Positions 17,905 to 24,000 of a stretch of 24,000 bases of DNA are shown in pieces. Position numbers and translations under genes: made by a program. Source of the DNA: Candidatus Pacearchaeota archaeon (GTDB taxonomy: Archaea > Nanobdellota > Nanobdellia > Pacearchaeales > GW2011-AR1); the NCBI GenBank assembly GCA_038874355.1, contig JAVZCO010000001.1:84913-108912 (forward strand). The letters are read 5' to 3'. Numbering within the stretch: the stretch's first letter is position 1; every line of letters starts with the position of its first letter. Below the pieces are notes generated by a model, which did no database searches, had not been told where the DNA came from, and worked only from the letters and a program-made list of their open reading frames with translations.

Positions 17905-18132
17905 ATGAAGATAGAAATATTTGGTTCGGGTTGTCCAAAATGCAAAAAACTAGAAGAAAATGCGAGAAAAGCATTAGAAGAGAAAAACAAAAAAGCCGAA
18001 ATTGTAAAAATTACAGACCTTAATGAAATAATAAATCGAGGAGTTATGGCTACTCCTGCGATAGCAATTGATGGAAAATTAAAAGCATATGGTAGAATTC
18101 CAGAAGTTGAGGAAATAAAGAAGTGGTTATAA
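17905..18132 (+). CDS. Small thioredoxin-like/redox-active disulfide protein
   Basis: 75 aa; MKIEIFGSGCPKCKKLEENARKAL (CPKC) ... GVMATPAIAIDGKLKAYGRIP (cis-Pro). Confidence 0.88.
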   Translation: MKIEIFGSGCPKCKKLEENARKALEEKNKKAEIVKITDLNEIINRGVMATPAIAIDGKLKAYGRIPEVEEIKKWL

Positions 18133-18189
18133 AAAGATTAATAAATTAAGAAAAAATCTACAATAGAAACTAAAAAAAATAGAATAAAA

Positions 18190-18285
18190 ATGCCTAAAAA
18201 AGATTATTCAAGTTGGACAAAAGAGGAGCTAATTAGAGAGTTAGAGAAGTTCAAGAAGCAAAAGAAGACAAAAAGAAAAAGTTAA
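18190..18285 (+). CDS. Possible 31-aa leader/small protein MPKKDYSSWTKEELIRELEKFKKQKKTKRKS
   Basis: ATG at 18190, TAA at 18283-18285, just upstream of hsdR; amphipathic helical sequence, not in the supplied track. Confidence 0.4.
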   Translation: MPKKDYSSWTKEELIRELEKFKKQKKTKRKS

Positions 18286-18339
18286 AAGTTGGAATTATTT
18301 AATAATATTATGAACTTACCTGAAAAAGAAACAAGAGAA
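18271..18339 (+). repeat. Partner of the inverted remnant at 17669-17737
   Basis: See the 17669-17737 entry. Confidence 0.6.
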
Positions 18340-21039
18340 CAATACATAGACCCTCTTTTGAGAAAGGAAGGCTGGAGAGATGAATACATAAAAAAAGAAG
18401 TTAACTCTCTTAAATCAAACTTTAAAAAAAAGATTTATTCTTTAAAAACAATAGATGGGAAAGAGGAAGGAAGGTTTATTGATTATCTTCTTTTAGATGA
18501 ACATGGCTCACCTATTGCAATAATTGAAGCAAAAAGATTCTCACTAGATCCTGAAAAAGGAAGAATTCAAGCTGATACCTATCAAAGAGATATTGAAAAA
18601 CAAATAGGTTACATTCTTCCCGCTTTTCTTACTAATGGGAAAAAATGGTATTTTAAGGAAAAAAATTATCCTCTGAGAGAAATTTCCGGTCCTTTTTCGC
18701 AAGAAGATTTACAAAGAAGACTTAATCTCTCAAAAAATAAGAGTGATCTCACAAAAATAGAAATAAATACAAATATTGTTGATAGGTCAAAAAGCATTCA
18801 AATTGTAAAACAAATTTTAAATCACTTTAATATAAGTAACAGAAGCGCCTTAATAACAATGGCTACTGGAACAGGGAAAACAAGAGTAGCAATGGCGATA
18901 ATTCATGCTTTAGTTAAGGCCAGATGGATACAAAATGTTTTATTTGTTGTTGATAGAATTTCGCTTGGTAGGCAGGCATTTTATGATGGATTCCAGAAAT
19001 TTTTTTCTTCAACTCCTTCTTGTTTATTAAATGAGCAAGAGTTTACGAAGGATAAAAGATTTTATGTTTCAACTGTTCAGACCCTTATGGCTAAACAAAA
19101 CGATGGAGAAAGACTATTTCAAAAGTTTAGTCCTGGTTTTTTTGATTTAGTAATTTTCGATGAAGCGCATCGTTCTTATTATGACAAACAAAATCTTGTC
19201 ATGAAATATTTTGATGCTTTAAAAATTGGTTTAACTGCTACCCCTTCTAAAACTGAGGACAAAAATACTTATGATTTATTTGAATGTGAAAGAGGAAAAC
19301 CTACTGCAGAATATACTTATGATGAAGCTGTTCGTGATGGCGTTCTTGTTCCTTATGATGCTCAGATTATTGAAACTAAAGTATTAAAATTAGGAATAAG
19401 AGGGATGGAGCTTGATAAAGAACTTAAAACAGAATTAATGAAACAGGACGAGGATCCAGATCATTTTGAGGTTCCTGGAAAAAAATTTGCTAGATACTTT
19501 ACAGATAAAAAAACTAATGAACTAATTATTAGAGAGTTTATGAATCGCTGTCATAAAACAGAAGACGGAAAGCCTTGTAAATCTATCTTTTTTTGCGTGA
19601 ATGTAGATCATGCCAAAGCAATAAAAAAGTGTTTTGATAAACTTTACCCAAATCTATGTAACGAAACCGAAGTTATTGTTTCTGAATACGATAGATATAT
19701 GGATGCTGTTGAAAGGTTTATGAAAGAATCATCTCCTAGGGTGGCTATTTCTGTTGGGGTTCTTGATACGGGAATCGATATTCCAGAAGTTTGTAATCTC
19801 GTTTTTGTCACTCCTGTTTTCTCTCCTATTAGGTTTTGGCAGATGGTCGGAAGAGGTACAAGAAGTTTATCTGCTTGCAAGCATAAAGAATGGCTTCCAA
19901 ATTATGATGGAGTTCATGATAAAAAAGATTTTAGAATTCTTGATTTTAAATTTGGAGATTTTTCTAATGTTTTAGAGCATCAGTTAGAAGTGAGTAAGGA
20001 AAAAAAACTAAGTGAAGACATAAGAGAAAAAATTCTTAAAAAAGAATTAGATCTCCTGAAAAAAAATCTTAATCCAAGAGAAAAAGAAATAATCGAGAGC
20101 CATATTATTGAAAGAATTGGAAAAATAGATACAAAGTCCTTTATTGTTAGAGATAAAATTCCAATAATAAAGAAAATAGTTTCAAAACAATATGACTTAC
20201 AAAAGCACATAGAAGAGATAAAAAGAGAAATCGCTCCTTTATTAAAGTTTTCTGAATTTGGAGATGGAAAAGTACAAACATTTATTTCTAATTGTATCGA
20301 TTTATTTAAATATATTAAAGAAAGCGACATTGAAAGCATCTCTAAAGTTCAAGAGTTTGTTACAGAAAGAGTTATTAATGTATGGGAATCTGATTTAGAA
20401 GCAGTAAAGAAAAAAGACGAACAAATTAAACGAGTTTTACAAGAAAAGTTTTGGCAAGAGCTAACGTTTGAGGATGTTGATTTTCTTATTAGAGAGATCG
20501 CTCCTTTAATGATTTACTATGAAAAAGAAAAGAAGAGGATTATAAGAGTAGATGCCCCCGATCTTGTTTTGGAGGTTGAGAATTTCAAAATGCAAATTAA
20601 AGAGGACAAAAGATTTGAGGAGTTTAAAAAAAGCGCTCTTGTTCAAAAGATGATTAAAGAAGGAGTTACATGGAAAGAATTATATCAAATATCACAAGAG
20701 CTTGCAAAACTAAATCCTTCTTGGACAATTGAGAACATTCAAAAAAGCCGGGATTTTGTTCTTTTTTTGAGAGATATTCTTGAATTAAAAGATTTATCTA
20801 ATCCAGAAGATATGATAAAACAACAATTTGAAGAGCTCATTATTAAAAACAACAAAGAATATAATGCAGAACAAATTAGTTTTTTAAGAATGCTTTCTAG
20901 TTTCTTTGCAATTAACAAACATCTTGATAAAAAAGATTTTGTTGAATTTCCTCTTGCAGAAGAAAGACCTCTAGAGAAGTTTAGCAGAGAACAGCTTGAT
21001 AGCATAATCAGAAAGGTAGAAGAGATTAGGATTAGATAA
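18310..21039 (+). CDS. hsdR: Type I restriction enzyme R subunit (nuclease plus DEAD/DEAH translocase)
   Basis: The track start at 18289 is TTG; the ATG at 18310 (MNLPEKETREQYIDPLL) is preferred. D...EAK nuclease motif (FIDYLLLDEHGSPIAIIEAK), Walker A MATGTGKTRVA, DEAH box FDEAHRS, VGRGTR, EcoEI-type C-terminus. Confidence 0.93.
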   Translation: MNLPEKETREQYIDPLLRKEGWRDEYIKKEVNSLKSNFKKKIYSLKTIDGKEEGRFIDYLLLDEHGSPIAIIEAKRFSLDPEKGRIQADTYQRDIEKQIGYILPAFLTNGKKWYFKEKNYPLREISGPFSQEDLQRRLNLSKNKSDLTKIEINTNIVDRSKSIQIVKQILNHFNISNRSALITMATGTGKTRVAMAIIHALVKARWIQNVLFVVDRISLGRQAFYDGFQKFFSSTPSCLLNEQEFTKDKRFYVSTVQTLMAKQNDGERLFQKFSPGFFDLVIFDEAHRSYYDKQNLVMKYFDALKIGLTATPSKTEDKNTYDLFECERGKPTAEYTYDEAVRDGVLVPYDAQIIETKVLKLGIRGMELDKELKTELMKQDEDPDHFEVPGKKFARYFTDKKTNELIIREFMNRCHKTEDGKPCKSIFFCVNVDHAKAIKKCFDKLYPNLCNETEVIVSEYDRYMDAVERFMKESSPRVAISVGVLDTGIDIPEVCNLVFVTPVFSPIRFWQMVGRGTRSLSACKHKEWLPNYDGVHDKKDFRILDFKFGDFSNVLEHQLEVSKEKKLSEDIREKILKKELDLLKKNLNPREKEIIESHIIERIGKIDTKSFIVRDKIPIIKKIVSKQYDLQKHIEEIKREIAPLLKFSEFGDGKVQTFISNCIDLFKYIKESDIESISKVQEFVTERVINVWESDLEAVKKKDEQIKRVLQEKFWQELTFEDVDFLIREIAPLMIYYEKEKKRIIRVDAPDLVLEVENFKMQIKEDKRFEEFKKSALVQKMIKEGVTWKELYQISQELAKLNPSWTIENIQKSRDFVLFLRDILELKDLSNPEDMIKQQFEELIIKNNKEYNAEQISFLRMLSSFFAINKHLDKKDFVEFPLAEERPLEKFSREQLDSIIRKVEEIRIR

Positions 21040-21040
21040 A

Positions 21041-21352
21041 ATGGATTTAGAAAAATTAAAGAACAAACTAAAAAATTACAAAGAAGAAGACATAATATTA
21101 ACTAAACACGCTGAATTTCAGGCCTTTGTTAGAAATGTTTCTTTAAAAGATATTAAAGAAAACATATTAAATCCTTCTAGGTTAGTTTATGCTAGGCAGC
21201 AAGAATCGAAAAAAGAAAATGAAGAAAAATATGATTGTTATTTTGCTTATTCAAAACATTTTTATCACCGTTATGTACTAACTCTAAATAGAAAGATTAT
21301 TATAGTAACAGTTATTAAAATAAATAGGGATTGGCAGAAGGCGATAGGATAA
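21041..21352 (+). CDS. DUF4258-like small protein, toxin-like
   Basis: 103 aa; ILTKHAEFQAFVRNVSLKDIKENILNPSRLVYARQ...YRYVLTLNRKIIIVTVIK-like core (HRYVLTLNRKIIIVTVIKINRDW). Confidence 0.5.
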   Translation: MDLEKLKNKLKNYKEEDIILTKHAEFQAFVRNVSLKDIKENILNPSRLVYARQQESKKENEEKYDCYFAYSKHFYHRYVLTLNRKIIIVTVIKINRDWQKAIG

Positions 21353-21354
21353 AA

Positions 21355-21696
21355 ATGGAAAAATTTAATTTTAATTATGATGAAGAGAATGACGACTTAT
21401 TTGTTTATTTAGAGGGGAAAAAATCTTCGGGTGCGATTGAATTAGGAAATTTTGTTTTTGATTTTGATGAAGAAGGCAATTTAGTGGCTATGCAAATATT
21501 AAATGTCACAGAAGTTTTTTCTAAAATTCTTTCAAAAATAAAAGAAGTTTCAAAAATAAAAGATATAAGAATTGAAATTTTTAATTTTAAGAATATGGAA
21601 GCTATTAAATTTAGCGTTTCAGATAACAGAATAGAGGAAACAGCAAATATTTTGATTCCCTTTATAAAAGAAAAAAGCCCTGTTTTGGAATATTAA
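21355..21696 (+). CDS. DUF2283-like protein
   Basis: The track start at 21331 is TTG; ATG at 21355. NFNYDEENDDLFVYLEG...GNFVFDFDEEGNLVAMQILNVTEVF matches the DUF2283 pattern. Confidence 0.7.
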   Translation: MEKFNFNYDEENDDLFVYLEGKKSSGAIELGNFVFDFDEEGNLVAMQILNVTEVFSKILSKIKEVSKIKDIRIEIFNFKNMEAIKFSVSDNRIEETANILIPFIKEKSPVLEY

Positions 21697-21700
21697 TATA

Positions 21701-21719
21701 GGGATTACAAAGGAATCCC
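21701..21719 (+). terminator. Hairpin GGGATT-ACAAAGG-AATCCC followed downstream by a T-run
   Basis: 6-bp stem, 7-nt loop; T-run at ~21739-21745, so a candidate terminator or attenuator between two accessory modules. Confidence 0.35.
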
Positions 21720-21752
21720 AAAGTTTAAAAATCTGGTCTTTTTTTAGTTTTT

Positions 21753-22133
21753 ATGGTTAATGGCAAAACCTACAATAGACCCCGAACAGTTAAGCTAGAT
21801 AAAACAGAAGATTTACAACTACAAGATTATTGTGATAAGTTAGGAGTAGATGTTTCCACATTTATTAGAGAAGCAATTAATGAAAAAATTAATTCAGGCA
21901 ATATTTCAAACATCGCTGGCCAGAATATAATTGATTTTGATAGTAAAGAAGATAAATTTATCTGGAAAATTAAGCTTGATAATGGAGAAGAAAAAACAAT
22001 TTTAGAGGATCTTTCTCCGGAGTTCATGGAAGATTTGTTCAACAAAATTCATCTAAAACTAAAAGAAAGAGACGATTTACTCCAAAGAAAAAATAAAAAA
22101 AGCGTTCCTGTGCCAAGGAGGTTAGTGAGATGA
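21753..22133 (+). CDS. Ribbon-helix-helix-like DNA-binding protein
   Basis: 126 aa; RPRTVKLDKTEDLQLQDYCDKLGVDVSTFIREAINEKI; its end overlaps the next ORF by 4 nt. Confidence 0.55.
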   Translation: MVNGKTYNRPRTVKLDKTEDLQLQDYCDKLGVDVSTFIREAINEKINSGNISNIAGQNIIDFDSKEDKFIWKIKLDNGEEKTILEDLSPEFMEDLFNKIHLKLKERDDLLQRKNKKSVPVPRRLVR

Positions 22134-22789
22134 AGAAATATATAAGTAAAAGTTATATTCAATCTATATTTAACAGAAAAATAATTAAAGAAGAAAATTT
22201 TAAAATATGGTCAGAAAAAAACTTTTTGGAAAAGTATTCTAAAGATCATGGTTTAAATCCTAAAGAAATAAATACAAAAATATTAATTTATGAAGATAGG
22301 GTCAAAGGATGGTTTTTAGATATAGCGACTGAACTAAAATCTTTAAGAGATAGTGGTTTTGTTATTCTTCAGATTGTTTTAAGTTACGTTGAAGGGATTC
22401 AACAGTATATTAACGGGAAAATAAGTAAGGGAAAATCTAAAGAATTTTTTAAAGAAGGTTTAATAAGAATATATCCTGAATTAGAAAAAAAAGAAAAAAT
22501 TGACGAAATTCTCAATAATTTTTATAAAGAGGTTAGATGCGGCCTCTTTCATACAGGAATGGTCGGTAAATCCGTAAAAATTAGTGGCGATTATCTAAGG
22601 GCTTTAAATATAAATGAAAGACTTATTGAGATTAACCCCCATTTATTTTTGGAGGATATTAAAAAAGATTTTGAAAATTATATAAAAAAATTGAAAGATG
22701 AAAGTAATGAAGAAGATAGAAAAAAATTTGAAAAAATATTTGATGAGCTAAATATAACAAATGAAGAAAATGACAACACAAAAAACTAG
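22130..22789 (+). CDS. HEPN-like helical protein (Rx4H), candidate RNase/toxin
   Basis: 219 aa, helical; conserved-looking EVRCGLFHTG contains R-x4-H. Confidence 0.45.
   Translation: MKKYISKSYIQSIFNRKIIKEENFKIWSEKNFLEKYSKDHGLNPKEINTKILIYEDRVKGWFLDIATELKSLRDSGFVILQIVLSYVEGIQQYINGKISKGKSKEFFKEGLIRIYPELEKKEKIDEILNNFYKEVRCGLFHTGMVGKSVKISGDYLRALNINERLIEINPHLFLEDIKKDFENYIKKLKDESNEEDRKKFEKIFDELNITNEENDNTKN
22767..22788 (+). repeat. 22-nt direct repeat, copy 1: aaaatgacaacacaaaaaacta
   Basis: Perfectly identical to 23359-23380; encodes the end of one gene (NDNTKN*) and the start of the next (MTTQKT). Confidence 0.95.
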
Positions 22790-23381
22790 AACAAATGTAG
22801 TAGAGGTTTTTGAAGAATTAAAAGAAAAAGGACTAATAAGAAAAGAAAGAAAGTTAAAAGAAAGTAAATTTTTTTCAAATTTTAAAAATTTAGGAAATAC
22901 TATTTTTTTTAATCCTTCTTTTAAAAATCTTAACAAAAATTATTTAAGATTGATCCTCCTTCATGAAGAAGCGCATGCTACAAAGAAACAAAGATCAAAA
23001 TATGTAATTATTTCATCCCTCATCTTATCTTTTTTTTCTTTTTGCATTTTTAACATCTGGCTTTTTAAAATGAAGTTTATTTATTCTTTTATACTTTCTT
23101 TAGTTATCCTTTTTTCAGTATTTAGACTTTCTTTTAATTACTTAAAAAAAGATGAATTTGAAGCTGATTTATTTGCTTGTTCTCGATTAAAAGAGCATTA
23201 TAAGATAAAAAACGTTTCAAAGTTATTAGAAAATTCATTAAAATCGATACATATTAAAAAAAAGAAAAATTATTCTTTATTTATTAAATTATATAAGATT
23301 ATAAATTATCATCCCACTATGAAAGAAAGGGTTAATAGAATTAAAACAATTTTAGAACAAAATGACAACACAAAAAACTAA
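22770..23381 (+). CDS. M48-like membrane-associated zinc metalloprotease
   Basis: The track start at 22761 is an in-frame ATG; the start at 22770 is preferred by analogy with hsdS. Motifs LLHEEAHA (HExxH), two hydrophobic segments, KKDEFEADLFACSRL, YHPTMKERVNRI. Confidence 0.75.
   Translation: MTTQKTRTNVVEVFEELKEKGLIRKERKLKESKFFSNFKNLGNTIFFNPSFKNLNKNYLRLILLHEEAHATKKQRSKYVIISSLILSFFSFCIFNIWLFKMKFIYSFILSLVILFSVFRLSFNYLKKDEFEADLFACSRLKEHYKIKNVSKLLENSLKSIHIKKKKNYSLFIKLYKIINYHPTMKERVNRIKTILEQNDNTKN
23359..23380 (+). repeat. 22-nt direct repeat, copy 2: aaaatgacaacacaaaaaacta
   Basis: See copy 1; spacing between copies is 592 nt. Confidence 0.95.
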
Positions 23382-24000
23382 ACTTCCAGAAGGCTGGCAA
23401 GAGGTTGAGCTTGGGGATTCAGAATTTTTTGAAATTTTATCTAGCGGTATAGAAAAATTTGAAGGAGAAAAAGATTATTTATCAACAGAATCAATTCAAG
23501 CTACTAAAATAGAAAAAATTGAAGCTAAGATAACTTTTAAAAATAGACCTTCTAGGGCAAATATGCAACCGGTTCTTAATTCTGTTTGGTTTGCTAAAAT
23601 GCAAGCGACATTAAAAGTTTATGTTTTTGATGAAAATAATAAAGATGAAATAAAAAAATATATCTTGTCTACTGGTTTTGCAGGAATAAGATGTAAAGAA
23701 AACAAAGTTTATCCTAAATATTTAAAATATTTTTTTATTACAAATGAATTTAATAAAATTAAAGATTCATTATGCTCTGGAGCAACGCAGAAAGGGATTA
23801 GAAATGAAGAAATAGCTAAAATAAAAATCCCTCTCCCGCCCATCGAAACCCAGAAAAAAATCGTCGCTATTTTAGAAAAAGCTGAAAAGCTGAAAGAAAA
23901 ACGAGAGCAGGCCATAAAATTGGCTGATGAATATTTAAAGAGCGTTTTTGCGGAGATGTTTTTGAAAGAAAAGGATAAGTTTGAGGAGGTTGAGCTGGAG
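23362..24000 (+). CDS. hsdS: Type I restriction enzyme specificity subunit, truncated by the window end
   Basis: MTTQKTKLPEGWQEVELGD at the N-terminus; IPLPPIETQKKIVAILEKAEKLKEKREQAIKLADEYLKSVFAEMF central helix. Not in the supplied ORF track because it runs off the end. Confidence 0.92.
   Translation, partial: MTTQKTKLPEGWQEVELGDSEFFEILSSGIEKFEGEKDYLSTESIQATKIEKIEAKITFKNRPSRANMQPVLNSVWFAKMQATLKVYVFDENNKDEIKKYILSTGFAGIRCKENKVYPKYLKYFFITNEFNKIKDSLCSGATQKGIRNEEIAKIKIPLPPIETQKKIVAILEKAEKLKEKREQAIKLADEYLKSVFAEMFLKEKDKFEEVELE

Noticed and set aside
19644-21005. ORFs on both strands at 19644-19880, 19754-19975, 19980-20339 and 20739-21005 inside hsdR
   Set aside because: Alternative-frame or antisense reads of a well-supported hsdR.
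21827-22045. Minus-strand ORFs at 21827-22045, 22748-22936 and 23709-23915
   Set aside because: Antisense to better supported + strand genes; no motifs.
1-24000. CRISPR array, IS element or phage structural genes
   Set aside because: No regularly spaced repeats, transposase motifs or virion proteins were seen.

Overview
This is an AT-rich archaeal window, probably from a DPANN-type genome. That placement is inferred from TFE-alpha, archaeal-type ProS, an Nre-family protein and TATA/leaderless promoter spacing. The left ~17 kb is mostly housekeeping: gatB, an amino-acid permease, tRNA-Arg(TCG), proS, a DHH-DHHA1 phosphoesterase next to a full-length DisA-like diadenylate cyclase, nre, spoIIM-like, rhomboid, tfe, small DPANN-type proteins, and bacterial-type leuS and alaS. 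It also holds a frameshifted amidohydrolase. The right part (~17.5-24 kb) is accessory. It contains a GC-rich orphan island, an inverted remnant resembling the hsdR 5' end, a thioredoxin-like protein, and a + strand type I restriction-like locus cut by the window edge. The locus order is 31-aa ORF, hsdR, DUF4258-like, DUF2283-like, RHH-like, a HEPN-like (Rx4H) protein, an M48-like membrane metalloprotease, and hsdS. A perfect 22-nt direct repeat sits at both boundaries of the metalloprotease gene, overlapping both its start and the start of hsdS, which suggests modular insertion. The best leads are the hsdR...HEPN/M48...hsdS arrangement with its repeat, the inverted hsdR leader remnant, and the adjacent disA plus DHH-DHHA1 pair in an archaeal context. 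All family assignments come from reading motifs; no database search was run.
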